Assembly: GCA_044440125.1 (NCBI GenBank)
Contig: JBITAJ010000022.1
Coordinates: 96,001 to 160,000, forward strand
Source: Sedimentisphaeraceae bacterium JB056
GTDB lineage: Bacteria; Planctomycetota; Phycisphaerae; Sedimentisphaerales; Sedimentisphaeraceae
Direction: 5' to 3'
DNA length: 64,000 nucleotides
In this document: piece after piece, positions 51,122 through 61,371 of the stretch
Position numbering within the stretch: the stretch's first letter is position 1
How the letters are laid out: each line of letters opens with the position of its first letter
Notes under the pieces: model-generated
What the model saw: only the letters and a program-made list of their open reading frames with translations
The model's database searches: none
Told to the model about the DNA's origin: nothing
Made by a program: the position numbers and the translations under genes

Positions 51122-51163
51122 AAAAAGCCGAAATATACCATATTGTATATTTCGGCTTTTTTT
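51122..51163. terminator. Bidirectional intrinsic terminator
   Basis: AAAAAGCCGAAATATAC / GTATATTTCGGCTTTTT. Confidence 0.8.
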
Positions 51164-51172
51164 GTAACACTC

Positions 51173-52534
51173 TCAGTTTCGCAATGCTTTTATTGGTGCC
51201 GGAATACGCCCTTTTCGGGCAATAAATTTCGGAGCTGCTTCCATTGGTACACTCATTATAGGTGCCGACCCCAAAAGCCCGCCAAAATGGACCATATCAC
51301 CGACATCCATCCCAGGCACAGGTATAACCCGCACGCCGGTAGTTTTATTATTTGCAACACCAATAGCAAGCTCGTCAGCTATTATAGCCGAGAGGACCTC
51401 TGCAGGAGTCTTGCCCGGCAATGCAAACATATCCAGTCCAACAGAACACACACTTGTCAAGGCCTCAAGCTTCTCAAGGTTCAAAGATCCATCCTGAACA
51501 GCACGTATCATCCCCATATCTTCGCTGACAGGAATAAATGTTCCGCTAAGACCGCCGACATTGCCTGAAGCCATTGCACCGCCCTTTTTGACCGCATCAA
51601 TCAGCAGTGCCAGAGCAGCAGTAGAACCGGGTCTTCCCATTTGGCTAATTCCCATCGCCTCAATTATCTCAGCAACAGAATCTCCTACGGCAGTAGTCGA
51701 GGCCAGTGAGACATCTACAATGCCAAAATCAACATCAAGTTTGCCAGCCATCTCACGACCAATAAGTTCACCTGCCCTGGTTATTTTGAACACCGTTCGT
51801 TTTATGACCTCAGAAAGTTCAGTAAGATCGCAATCCGGGTTTTGAGCAACAACCGCACGCACAACACCAGGACCTGAAATACCAACATTGAGAGAAAAAT
51901 CTGGTTCACCAACTCCGTGATTAGCACCAGCCATAAAAGGATTATCTTCAGGCACATTTGCAAAGACAACCAGCTTGGCACACCCTATACCATTTTCAGT
52001 ACACTCCGCAAGCTCCTTCATGACATGCCCTACACGCTCAATAGCCGTCATATTCATGCCGGCGAGAGTTGTGGCAAGATTAAAGAAACTACAGACCCTA
52101 TCGGTCTGCGAAAGAGCCTTCGGGATAGCATTCAGCAGATTTTCATCAGAAGCAGTCATGCCTTTCTGCATTAAAGCTCCAAAACCTCCGATAAAATCTA
52201 TTCCGGCTTTCTTCGCAGCCCTATCGAGCGTTTTAGCAAAACTGACAACAGTAGCCTTGTTTTTCGGCAATGGCTCAAGGAGTATTGAAGCCGGTGTTAT
52301 AGAAATACGACGGTTTATAATTGGTATGCCGTATTTATCCTCAAGCTCATCAGCAAAAGCCGTAAGCTTTGAGCCCATCTCAACGATGCGATCATAAACC
52401 CGTTTGTTAAAATCGGATAACTTCCTGTCCATACAGTCTTTAAGATTTATTCCAAGCGTCACTGTTCTAATATCGAACTTGTGATCCATGGTCATCTGAA
52501 CCGTCTCGAAAACCTCTTCTACCGATACTCGCAT
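51173..52534 (-). CDS. PFL-like family protein (DUF711/UPF0210)
   Basis: DIRTVTLGI, EDNPFMAGA, GLSGTFIPVSED, SVCSVGLDM. Confidence 0.9.
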   Translation of the reverse strand: MRVSVEEVFETVQMTMDHKFDIRTVTLGINLKDCMDRKLSDFNKRVYDRIVEMGSKLTAFADELEDKYGIPIINRRISITPASILLEPLPKNKATVVSFAKTLDRAAKKAGIDFIGGFGALMQKGMTASDENLLNAIPKALSQTDRVCSFFNLATTLAGMNMTAIERVGHVMKELAECTENGIGCAKLVVFANVPEDNPFMAGANHGVGEPDFSLNVGISGPGVVRAVVAQNPDCDLTELSEVIKRTVFKITRAGELIGREMAGKLDVDFGIVDVSLASTTAVGDSVAEIIEAMGISQMGRPGSTAALALLIDAVKKGGAMASGNVGGLSGTFIPVSEDMGMIRAVQDGSLNLEKLEALTSVCSVGLDMFALPGKTPAEVLSAIIADELAIGVANNKTTGVRVIPVPGMDVGDMVHFGGLLGSAPIMSVPMEAAPKFIARKGRIPAPIKALRN

Positions 52535-52552
52535 ATAATAACCTTATAAATT

Positions 52553-52891
52553 TCAAACTTTAATATGTACAGCAAGCCAAACAGTCATATCACCAGCCTT
52601 AGTTGAAGCAACCCGATGCTTTCTATGGGCCTCAATAAAGACATAATCTCCTTTAGAGAGTTTGACTTGCTCGTTATCTTCAAATTCAATAACGGCATCA
52701 CCTTCAAGAACCATGACCCACTCAGCCTGTTGCTGATCATACCAGAAATCTTTGTCACTGCACTGGCCAGTCGAAACGATACGTTCGATCCTTACTCCAT
52801 TGCCAGCGAATAAATCATCAAAGACCTCTTGATCACAGGTTTGTGAAATCCCCTCAAAAATGTTGCCCTTAGAAATCTCCATAACTTTCAA
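52553..52891 (-). CDS. Cupin domain protein
   Basis: IERIVS.G, WYDQ...EWV, HRV, WLAVH. Confidence 0.85.
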   Translation of the reverse strand: MKVMEISKGNIFEGISQTCDQEVFDDLFAGNGVRIERIVSTGQCSDKDFWYDQQQAEWVMVLEGDAVIEFEDNEQVKLSKGDYVFIEAHRKHRVASTKAGDMTVWLAVHIKV

Positions 52892-52900
52892 TCAATAATA

Positions 52901-53212
52901 TCAAACCCTATGCATAGCCGCAAAGATATCTTCATGCTGGAAAGTAATACGCAGTTCCATATCTTCTGCAATCCTGGCAATACTCTCCTTGATTTCCTTC
53001 ATACCGACAGTAGCACCCGCAATATCGCAAGCCATTGTCATTACAAAGTAATTTTCCATGATTTTCTGATTAACATCAACGATATTGATACCAGCTTTAG
53101 CCATCTCGCTGCTAAGCCTGGCAATAATACCCACCTTGTCCTGTCCGGTAACAGTAACAATACATATCTGAGACTCTTTATTTTCTGCTTTTTTTATTTT
53201 TTTTGCGGCCAT
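52901..53212 (-). CDS. ACT domain protein (UPF0237-like)
   Basis: VTGQDKVGIIA, NIVDVNQ, QHEDIF.AMHRV; usual partner of DUF711. Confidence 0.88.
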   Translation of the reverse strand: MAAKKIKKAENKESQICIVTVTGQDKVGIIARLSSEMAKAGINIVDVNQKIMENYFVMTMACDIAGATVGMKEIKESIARIAEDMELRITFQHEDIFAAMHRV

Positions 53213-53961
53213 AATTTCCTCTGGTCCATAGACTTGAATTTTTCCAATATTTTTTTATCAGTTCTGTTATATTTTAGTGGAGTAAGGGTAACATACCCTT
53301 CTGCCAAAGCGTGAACATCTGTTTCCTTGTCTGTCTCACGAAAATAACTGCACCTGATCTGATAGGTATCTTTGTTATCTTCATTCTTTTTCTTTGCATA
53401 ATACTCCTGATATATTGATTCCGATTGCCTGACCACTTTAATTCCTTTGGGCGATTGGTCAGTTATAACCGGTATATTAATATTGATTACTTCACCAGCA
53501 TCAATATTATGCCTTATCGTATTTATCAATTCTGCGGCTACAGACGCCGCTTTTTTGTAATTCTGCTCTCCAGAAGCCCTTGCACTAACCGCAACAGACG
53601 GTATCCCGTAAAAAGCACCTTCCATAGCCGCAGCCACAGTACCGGAATAACAAATATCAACACCCGCATTGGAACCTATATTCAAACCGGAAACGATAAG
53701 ATCAAGCGGCTTATTGACAAGTTCAAGTACTGCCAATTTAACACAGTCCGCCGGGTTAGCCGCAACTGCGTATCCGGTAAAAAGACCGTCAACGGTGGCC
53801 TTTTCGCATACTATCGGTGATAAAGTTAGGCTGTGACTGCTTCCTGATTTCCCCTTGTGAGGTGCGACAACTACAACCTCTGCAAACCTGGAAAGTTCAC
53901 TGTAGAGATAATGCATTGTCGGAGCAAAAATTCCGTCATCGTTAGTCAAAAGTATTCGCAT
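53194..53961 (-). CDS. surE: 5'/3'-nucleotidase SurE
   Basis: ILLTNDDG, PADCV, SG.N.G.N, YSGTVAAAMEG. Confidence 0.93.
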   Translation of the reverse strand: MRILLTNDDGIFAPTMHYLYSELSRFAEVVVVAPHKGKSGSSHSLTLSPIVCEKATVDGLFTGYAVAANPADCVKLAVLELVNKPLDLIVSGLNIGSNAGVDICYSGTVAAAMEGAFYGIPSVAVSARASGEQNYKKAASVAAELINTIRHNIDAGEVININIPVITDQSPKGIKVVRQSESIYQEYYAKKKNEDNKDTYQIRCSYFRETDKETDVHALAEGYVTLTPLKYNRTDKKILEKFKSMDQRKLWPQKK

Positions 53962-54110
53962 ATATTATTTCCTGCGTAAAATTGTAGTTATATTTTACGA
54001 TTTTGTCAAATTTTGCGTTTGAATTTTCGAGTTAATTTATTAAAATGCCGCAAACTACTTTCTTTATGTTTATGAAGTAGCTTGCTCAACCATAGTTATA
54101 AAAGGTAAAA

Positions 54111-54536
54111 ATGGCAAAGTTAGATGAGAATCTTTTGAGCGAAGAAGAATTAGAATACTACTGGGAGCTTTTGCTCAAAAAGAGAGCAGAGATACTTGGA
54201 GATGTCTCCCAAATGGAAAGTTCTGCTATTAAGAAGGATGTCGACGAGGTCGCCAGCAGCGGCTCTTCAATGCCGATTCATATGGCTGATATCGGTTCTG
54301 ATAATTATGAGCAGGATTTCACTATCGGTCTTATCGGAAGTGAACGCAAACTTCTTGATATGGTTAACGCTGCCTTGAGAAGGATAAAAATGGGTACTTT
54401 CGGTATATGCCTTGGAACAGGCAATAAGATATCGAAAAAACGCCTTGAAGCTATGCCATGGGCCAAATACAGCATTGAATATGCAACTCAGATAGAAAAA
54501 GGTCTTGCAGACGAAGTCGATGAGGACGATGATTAA
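54111..54536 (+). CDS. dksA: DksA/TraR family protein
   Basis: Coiled coil with HMADIGSD tip, AL.RI..GTFGIC, RLEAMPWA. Confidence 0.85.
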   Translation: MAKLDENLLSEEELEYYWELLLKKRAEILGDVSQMESSAIKKDVDEVASSGSSMPIHMADIGSDNYEQDFTIGLIGSERKLLDMVNAALRRIKMGTFGICLGTGNKISKKRLEAMPWAKYSIEYATQIEKGLADEVDEDDD

Positions 54537-54597
54537 AAATCGTCCATTCAGGTTCTTGATAAATAACTAAAACACAAGATATATATTTGCTTAAATA

Positions 54598-55575
54598 TCA
54601 CGCAGTCTTGATTATCAGCAAATATGTCATGTAAGCAATATAACTTGCAAGTAATACCACCCCGCCGCCTCGCCTTATAGATCTGTGCCACATTGCAAAA
54701 AGGATAAATGCAACACTTACGCATGCCATCACCGGGAAATCACGCACAAGAAGGCCTCTTTCAACGTCAAGCGGACGAACCAATGAAGCTGTGCCTATTA
54801 CAAGAAGCGTATTGAAAATATTCGAGCCGACAAGGTTTCCTACGGAAATATCATCCTGTTTTTTGTATGAAGCAACAAGGCATGTAATCAATTCCGGCAG
54901 GCTTGTACCTATCGCAACAATTGTAAGCCCGATGACCGATTCACTCATCCCTGCCCAATGACCAATATAAACCGCTCCAGAAAGCGATATTTTGGCACCT
55001 AAAGACAATCCTATAAGTCCCAGCACAACGAACGTGCCAGAACGGAAAAAACTCATTTCTTTCACTTTTTCCGTTTGCCCGGCACCAACAACACCAAGCT
55101 CTTTGATGCTGTCTTTCTTCGCATTCTTTACCAACGCCAAAAGAAGCGAAACAAAGATAACAAACAATATCAATCCTTCAATACGCATTATTTTGCCGCT
55201 TATCATAAACGGCAAAAGCAGGAATATCGAACCTATCATTACAGGCAGTTCGACCTTAAGCATCCTGATATTTACGGATATCGGCCTTATTATAGAACAA
55301 AACCCGCCAATCAATGCAATATTAGCAACATTTGAGCCAATCACATTTCCGATAGCTATCGAACCATTATTACCCAACGCAGCAGCAATACTTGCAGCCA
55401 TCTCAGGAGCACTTGTACCAATAGAAACGACAGTTAAGCCAATTATCATAGGACTTATGCCCAAATGCTCCGCAATCGCAACTGCACCATCAACAAGGAT
55501 GTCAGCACTTTTGCAGAGAAGTACAAAACCAACGATAACGAGCAATATCGAAGTAAAAAGATTAAGTTCGAACAT
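54598..55575 (-). CDS. Calcium/sodium antiporter (YrbG family)
   Basis: Two alpha-repeats: GTSAPE..GNVIGSN and GTSLPE..GNLVGSN. Confidence 0.92.
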   Translation of the reverse strand: MFELNLFTSILLVIVGFVLLCKSADILVDGAVAIAEHLGISPMIIGLTVVSIGTSAPEMAASIAAALGNNGSIAIGNVIGSNVANIALIGGFCSIIRPISVNIRMLKVELPVMIGSIFLLLPFMISGKIMRIEGLILFVIFVSLLLALVKNAKKDSIKELGVVGAGQTEKVKEMSFFRSGTFVVLGLIGLSLGAKISLSGAVYIGHWAGMSESVIGLTIVAIGTSLPELITCLVASYKKQDDISVGNLVGSNIFNTLLVIGTASLVRPLDVERGLLVRDFPVMACVSVAFILFAMWHRSIRRGGGVVLLASYIAYMTYLLIIKTA

Positions 55576-55587
55576 TTAAGGCCGGTC

Positions 55588-56106
55588 TTATTTCAAAAGG
55601 TATAGAAGTATCGCACCAACAGCAGCTACAACTAAGACCGCCACCAGCCAATTAACAAGCCGGTACTGTCTTTTAAACATCATATTGAGCTTAACAAACT
55701 CCTGACAAACAGATTTATCGAACGCCGCACTATCAGAAACATCCGCCCTGATCTGCTCAAGCTCGCGAGTTTGACGAACAGCCTCGTCAGGTATCCTCGC
55801 TACTATCTCGGTAAATTCTTTCGTCGATACAGACTGTTCATTAAGCTGTTCAAGAGTCTGTTCAATAAGCAGTGTCTGCTGTTGAGTTAGCTCCGGAACT
55901 ACTTCAAAACGTTTAAGCAGCTCCTCCTGCTGCTCAATGTGTCGATTGAGACTGCTATTTATGTTCTCAAGCTTATCAACAAGCTGGGTAAAAGCACCAT
56001 TAAGCCTCTCAAGGCTTTCCTGCTGAGCTTTTCGAACCTCAACTTCCTGCATCTTTGAAAGCTCTGACTCTTTTTTGCTTTTTTTGATAAAATTTAAAAA
56101 TCCCAT
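55588..56106 (-). CDS. Hypothetical coiled-coil protein with C-terminal TM anchor
   Basis: AAGGAG RBS, heptad-rich Q/E/L sequence, hydrophobic C-terminal tail. Confidence 0.7.
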   Translation of the reverse strand: MGFLNFIKKSKKESELSKMQEVEVRKAQQESLERLNGAFTQLVDKLENINSSLNRHIEQQEELLKRFEVVPELTQQQTLLIEQTLEQLNEQSVSTKEFTEIVARIPDEAVRQTRELEQIRADVSDSAAFDKSVCQEFVKLNMMFKRQYRLVNWLVAVLVVAAVGAILLYLLK

Positions 56107-56154
56107 TCAGCACACTCCTTCATGAAAATATCACACAGACCGGTAAATATAAAA

Positions 56155-57393
56155 TCATTTCGAATCACTGAAAAGATCTTTGGTCCTTTCAACAACCTTC
56201 TCATCTATAACATATTTGCGTTTTTTCTCCTGATCAGGCAAATCATACATTATATCGATCATCAACTCTTCTGTAACTGCTCTCAACGCCCTTGCACCAG
56301 TATCTCTCTTGAGTGCATTTTTAGCCAAGAGTTTAAGAGCTTCATCAGTAAACGACAATTCAGCATCTTCCATCTCAAAGAACTTGGCATATTGCCTTAC
56401 GAGAGCATTCTTGGGTTTAGTAAGAATATCCACCAAAGCATCCACAGAAAGGGCTTCAAGTGTAGTAATTACCGGCAGACGTCCAACAAGCTCAGGTATC
56501 ATCCCGTAATGAATGATATCCTCAGCAGTAACCTGTTTTACGACCTCAGAATAGCTCATCTTACTCGAAGAAGAACTAAGCTGCTCCTCAGAATCAAAGC
56601 CGATCATCTTTTTTCCAAGACGTTTTTTAACAATATCGTCAAGACCAACAAAAGTACCGCCACAGATAAAGAGTATCTGCGAAGTATCTATCTGTATGAA
56701 AGCCTGTTCAGGATGTTTTCTTCCGCCCTGAGGAGGAACGTTAGCAACAGTTCCTTCAAGCATTTTCAAGAGCGATTGCTGAACACCTTCACCGGAAACA
56801 TCCCTTGTAATCGAAACATTTTGAGACGTCTTGCCAATCTTGTCTATCTCATCAATGTAAACAATTCCTCTCTGAGCAGCTTCAACATCATAATCTGCAG
56901 ATTGGAGAAGCTTCAAAAGGAAATTCTCAACATCCTCACCAACATAGCCGGCTTCGGTGACAGTCGTAGCATCACAGATAGCAAAAGGAACATGCAATTC
57001 CTTAGCAAGCGTTCTGGCGAGCAGTGTCTTACCCGATCCCGTAGGCCCAATAAGCAAGACATTCGACTTATCTATCTCTACATCAGCAGTATCACTTTCA
57101 CGATGAACCAGACGCTTATAATGGTTATGAACGGCCACTGAAAGCGATTTTTTCGCATTATCCTGACCAATGACATATTGATCAAGATACTCTTTAATCT
57201 CACGTGGTTTTGGAATATCCTTATCAAATTTCTGCGAGGATTCCTTCTTCTGCTCCCTGACGATTCTAACGCAAAGATCAACACATTCAGAACATATATT
57301 AACATTTTCCGGGCCCTGAATCAACGCACCATCGTCGCCATCTCGCCCGCAAAAACTGCATTTTGGAACTTTCGGACTGGCTTTTTTTGCCAT
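56155..57393 (-). CDS. clpX: ATP-dependent Clp protease ATP-binding subunit
   Basis: CSFC zinc finger, [18 protein letters not shown] loop, GARALR. Confidence 0.97.
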   Translation of the reverse strand: MAKKASPKVPKCSFCGRDGDDGALIQGPENVNICSECVDLCVRIVREQKKESSQKFDKDIPKPREIKEYLDQYVIGQDNAKKSLSVAVHNHYKRLVHRESDTADVEIDKSNVLLIGPTGSGKTLLARTLAKELHVPFAICDATTVTEAGYVGEDVENFLLKLLQSADYDVEAAQRGIVYIDEIDKIGKTSQNVSITRDVSGEGVQQSLLKMLEGTVANVPPQGGRKHPEQAFIQIDTSQILFICGGTFVGLDDIVKKRLGKKMIGFDSEEQLSSSSSKMSYSEVVKQVTAEDIIHYGMIPELVGRLPVITTLEALSVDALVDILTKPKNALVRQYAKFFEMEDAELSFTDEALKLLAKNALKRDTGARALRAVTEELMIDIMYDLPDQEKKRKYVIDEKVVERTKDLFSDSK

Positions 57394-57488
57394 TATCTCT
57401 CCGTATTACTTAAAATATATAAAAACATCATATCAATATAATAACTCAACGAGATATTGTATATAATATAATGCAATTATCAAGTGAG

Positions 57489-58784
57489 TTATATAAGGTT
57501 TCTAATATCCCTGTTTATCCTGACGCTGCACCAATCTTTACCGCACATTGTGCAGTAATCGGTATCAACCGGCTGCATATTGCTGTTTTGGCCTGCATCA
57601 TCGTGCATCATTTTTGCAGTCTTGGGATCAAGAGACAATCTTATCTGAGTTTCCCAATCAAGATTGGCACGTGCCTCGCTGAGTCTTCTGTCTCTATCTG
57701 CCGCCCCGTTAAACCCTCTTGCGACATCTGCTGCATGAGCGGCTATCTTGGAAGCAATAACACCTGCCCTTACATCATTCTCATCGGGAAGCCCCAAATG
57801 CTCACGCGGAGTTACATAGCAGAGGAAAGATGCCCCGTAGAACGCTGCCGCTGTACCGCCAATGGCACTTGTTATATGGTCATACCCAGGGGCAATGTCT
57901 GTAACCAGCGGGCCAAGTACATAGAAAGGCGCTCCATTGCATATCTCCTCCTGAAGTTCCATATTCTCCTTTATCTGATTGTAGGGTACGTGTCCGGGGC
58001 CTTCAACCATAACCTGACAGCCCTTTTCCTGAGCTCTCTGCGTAAGTTCACCAAGCGTTCTAAGTTCAGCAATCTGTGCCTCATCGGTTGCATCCGCTCC
58101 ACATCCCGGACGAAGTCCATCACCTAATGAAAAACAGACATCGTATTCTTTCATAATATCGCAAAGCTCGTCAAACAATTCATACATAAGATTCTGCTTG
58201 TTATAATGCAGCATCCATTTTGCTGTCAATGCACCGCCTCTGCTTACAATCCCGCAAACACGGCTTTTGAGCAAAGGTAAGTGTTCCTTGAGTAAACCGG
58301 CATGTATAGTGAAAAAGTCAACACCCTGCTTTGCCTGCTTTTCGACAATATCAAGTATTAGCTTAGCACTTATATCTTCAACACTGCGACCTATTATCGC
58401 CTCATAAATTGGAACGGTGCCGAAAGGAACTTCGCACTCTGATATTAATTTACGGCGGATATCATCAAGGTCTCCACCTGTACTGAGGTCCATCATAGCA
58501 TCAGCACCGGCATCAATTGCAACCTTCATTTTGGTTATTTCATCGTCAAGATTTGATCGGACTCCGCTCATGCCTATATTGGCATTAATCTTAACGCTAA
58601 CAGCACGTCCAATGGCACGGGGTTTCAAATTCCAGGCAAGGTGCATTTTGTTTGCAGGTATCACAAGACGGCCAGCCGCGATCTCTGAGCGTATAAGCTC
58701 TGCGTCGACGCCTTCAGCCTGCGAAACATAGTTCATGCAGTCAGTTATTTCATTATTACGTGCAGATTGTAATTGAGTATTCAT
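57489..58784 (-). CDS. thiC: Phosphomethylpyrimidine synthase
   Basis: [36 protein letters not shown]...C. Confidence 0.97.
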   Translation of the reverse strand: MNTQLQSARNNEITDCMNYVSQAEGVDAELIRSEIAAGRLVIPANKMHLAWNLKPRAIGRAVSVKINANIGMSGVRSNLDDEITKMKVAIDAGADAMMDLSTGGDLDDIRRKLISECEVPFGTVPIYEAIIGRSVEDISAKLILDIVEKQAKQGVDFFTIHAGLLKEHLPLLKSRVCGIVSRGGALTAKWMLHYNKQNLMYELFDELCDIMKEYDVCFSLGDGLRPGCGADATDEAQIAELRTLGELTQRAQEKGCQVMVEGPGHVPYNQIKENMELQEEICNGAPFYVLGPLVTDIAPGYDHITSAIGGTAAAFYGASFLCYVTPREHLGLPDENDVRAGVIASKIAAHAADVARGFNGAADRDRRLSEARANLDWETQIRLSLDPKTAKMMHDDAGQNSNMQPVDTDYCTMCGKDWCSVRINRDIRNLI

Positions 58785-58861
58785 ATTAAGATAATCTCTC
58801 TTTCAAAAAATCGTCATTTGCTGCAAAAGTTCGATCCGCAGCATTATTTACCCGCAAAACA

Positions 58862-58903
58862 GGAAAAAAGAAAAAGGCGTATCCTATGATAGGAAAACGC
58901 CTT
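58862..58903 (-). terminator. Riboswitch expression-platform terminator
   Basis: Minus strand AAGGCGTTTTCCTATCATAGGATACGCCTT followed by TTTCTTTTTT. Confidence 0.8.
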
Positions 58904-58931
58904 TGCAAATTCATTGTCTGTTATATTGCGA

Positions 58932-59018
58932 CCGCTTTCCTACGCAGTTACCGGATTACCGGATCCTGTTCAGGTTCTAAGGGTGTTATCTCAGGCACAA
59001 ATGTGCCACCCCCAGCGA
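58932..59018 (-). ncRNA. TPP riboswitch aptamer
   Basis: Minus strand GGGGTG..CTGAGA..ACCCTTAGAACCTGA..GCGTAGGAAAGC, upstream of thiC. Confidence 0.92.
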
Positions 59019-59131
59019 ACTGATGCCCATTGTATAACAACTGCCTGCAAAGGTCAAATCATAAATGTTCGCTTCTGATAAGGAATAGACGCAAAACAGA
59101 AAAATAATTAATTATCCTGTTTTATAAAATG

Positions 59132-59167
59132 AAAAAGGTCGCCTATTTCAGAATGAAACAGGCGACC
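59132..59167 (-). terminator. Intrinsic terminator after the porin-like gene
   Basis: GGTCGCCT / AGGCGACC stem with inner TTTCA/TGAAA; T-run on the minus strand. Confidence 0.75.
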
Positions 59168-59204
59168 GAATATATGGTTACGTCTAATACTATAATTCTT
59201 CTAA

Positions 59205-59996
59205 TTAGAATTCAAAAGAATAACTCAATGTTGCGTAGAAATCATCGTCAATCAACGGTCCAGTAGAACCATCATCAAACGGCTTCTGGTAGTAGATAGC
59301 AGGAACAAGCTTGCCGCCAGCCATTTCAAACTGAGTTGAAAGACCTGCAACCATACGGTTCCAATTGCTGTCACCACTGTAAGAGTTATCATCATAAACA
59401 AAATCAACACATCCGTCCATTACCATGTCTGCTACAGTAAAATTGTAAGCAAGACCGGCAGTATGCTCAAAACCAAAGAGATCAAGATCTCCACCAGGAG
59501 CATCAAAAAGATAGCTAACCTTGTAATGAGGTGTAAAGAAGCCCATAGGACACATATTAGGCATCTTGACATCAAGAGCCAGTTCCTGAACATCAGCATC
59601 TCTACCTGAAACTTTCAGTCCCATTGGACGGAATGTTCCCATGTCATGGTATGTGTATTTAAGGTCATAGTTCATCTGGAGGCCTTCGCCCACCATAACT
59701 TCATTGCTGAAGCCAGCCCAGTAGTACCAGTGATCCATATCACTGCGAGGTATAATACCGTAAGCATTACCATCGCCTTGAGGCAGAACATACATAGTAC
59801 CTACATACCAGCCGTTACCAAGATCAATATTGATGCTTGGAGCAAAAGCTGCAGCATCATCATTGAGATCGATACCATGCCATAGATATTTAGTCATATA
59901 CGTAGCGTCAACTGTTACGCCCATTTCGCCTTCTGCCTTAACTACAGTTGAAAAGCAGAGTGCTACTGCAATCATTATAAATAGCAGTTTCTTCAT
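59205..59996 (-). CDS. Putative outer-membrane beta-barrel (TorF/Gcw_chp-like)
   Basis: Signal peptide, KYLWHG, amphipathic strands, C-terminal SYSFEF. Confidence 0.7.
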   Translation of the reverse strand: MKKLLFIMIAVALCFSTVVKAEGEMGVTVDATYMTKYLWHGIDLNDDAAAFAPSINIDLGNGWYVGTMYVLPQGDGNAYGIIPRSDMDHWYYWAGFSNEVMVGEGLQMNYDLKYTYHDMGTFRPMGLKVSGRDADVQELALDVKMPNMCPMGFFTPHYKVSYLFDAPGGDLDLFGFEHTAGLAYNFTVADMVMDGCVDFVYDDNSYSGDSNWNRMVAGLSTQFEMAGGKLVPAIYYQKPFDDGSTGPLIDDDFYATLSYSFEF

Positions 59997-60210
59997 AACA
60001 AACCCTTTCTAAAATAATGCATAATCCTTCATACAGCCGAACCACCGGCTCAATCCATTACTACGTAACCACTTATAATATTTTATATATACTAAATGCT
60101 AATTTCAAGTCTTTTATGGTAAAAGTTTAAGAATCCAATCGTAATATATTGATTTTGTTGATTTTACAACAATTCTATTAACGTAATATAAGAATTAAAT
60201 TAGCCAACAT

Positions 60211-61227
60211 TTAGGATTCGACATAGCCTTTTTGTGATTTTGCAGTATCTATAAAAGCCAGAATGTTCTCAAAAGACACATCTGATTCAACCGCGTGGGC
60301 AGGAGCAAAGATATATCCGCCATCCAACCCCATTTCAAGAAGTTTTCCTGATTCTGCACGAACATCCTCTTTAGTTCCAAAAGGCAATGTTTTTTGAGTT
60401 GAAAGCCCACCATGAAATGCAAGACGACCTTTATACTCTTGGTATATGTTCTCTACATCCATTACTTCAGGCTGAAAGGGATTAAAGCAATCAAGGCCTG
60501 CGGCTATCAAGTCGTCGAAAAGCTCGTCAACATCACCACAAGAGTGTATAAAGACATATTTGCCAGCATCCTTGACCCTGCCGTACATCCGCTTTATTTG
60601 AGGATAAATGAAACGTCTCCAGAGAGCCGGCCCCATCATGAGACCCGATTGCTGTCCCCAGTCATCTCCAAAATAAACTGCATCAATATCGTACTTCAAG
60701 ACCTCATCAACCAAAGCCAAGTTAAAATCCGCTATTTTCGTTAGCAAGTCGTCTACAAAATCCGGATTAACAACAAAATCCATCATAAGATTTTCCATAC
60801 CTCTAAGCGTCCAGGCACGTTCAAAAAGTGAAAAACCTATAGGGTAAACACGGAACATATCAGAATTGCTTTCTATCCTCTCCTTGACTCCTTTATGAAA
60901 AGCCTCATCGCAAGGGTCAGGGAGAACCAGGTCCTTTGTCGTCGGTTCAGGCAAGACGCATCCACTGACAACACCAATATCCTTATCTGTTGTTCTGTCC
61001 CAAACAACCCCGAATATATCCCTGAAATGATCATTTCCTATATTTTCGAAACAGCCGCAAGGATTGCCAAGACTTAGAAGATGATTTCCTAATACAGATT
61101 CAATATCATCGGTATTATAATGCTTCTTCAGCTCCGTCAAGGGTTCCTGCGTAAAACTGAAAGACCACGGGGTATATTCGACTTCTTTCCCTTCAAGAGC
61201 CTCTATTACGACTTCACGTTTTTCCAT
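60211..61227 (-). CDS. Uroporphyrinogen decarboxylase-fold / MtaA-CmuA-like protein
   Basis: FERAW.LRG.EN, GDDWG.Q, FIHSCG, NP.QP, GG.STQ..LP.GT, GGYI.APAH. Confidence 0.85.
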   Translation of the reverse strand: MEKREVVIEALEGKEVEYTPWSFSFTQEPLTELKKHYNTDDIESVLGNHLLSLGNPCGCFENIGNDHFRDIFGVVWDRTTDKDIGVVSGCVLPEPTTKDLVLPDPCDEAFHKGVKERIESNSDMFRVYPIGFSLFERAWTLRGMENLMMDFVVNPDFVDDLLTKIADFNLALVDEVLKYDIDAVYFGDDWGQQSGLMMGPALWRRFIYPQIKRMYGRVKDAGKYVFIHSCGDVDELFDDLIAAGLDCFNPFQPEVMDVENIYQEYKGRLAFHGGLSTQKTLPFGTKEDVRAESGKLLEMGLDGGYIFAPAHAVESDVSFENILAFIDTAKSQKGYVES

Positions 61228-61371
61228 AATATCCTCGATAAAGTTGTTAATAGTCTTTTTAAATTACTACATGATATTATCAAACAAGAGAGTAAATAAA
61301 ATGGCAAAACTAACAGATTAGATGTGTTTTCTTACAAAATAACACAAAAAGGAAAAGATGAAAAATAAGGA

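Noticed and set aside
51173..52534. Second pyruvate formate-lyase
   Set aside because: DUF711 family; lacks the RVxGY glycyl-radical motif
56122..58127. 339-aa and 218-aa plus-strand ORFs
   Set aside because: Antisense shadows of clpX and thiC
60211..61227. hemE
   Set aside because: Lacks RQAGR; has the HSCG motif of the MtaA/CmuA-like branch
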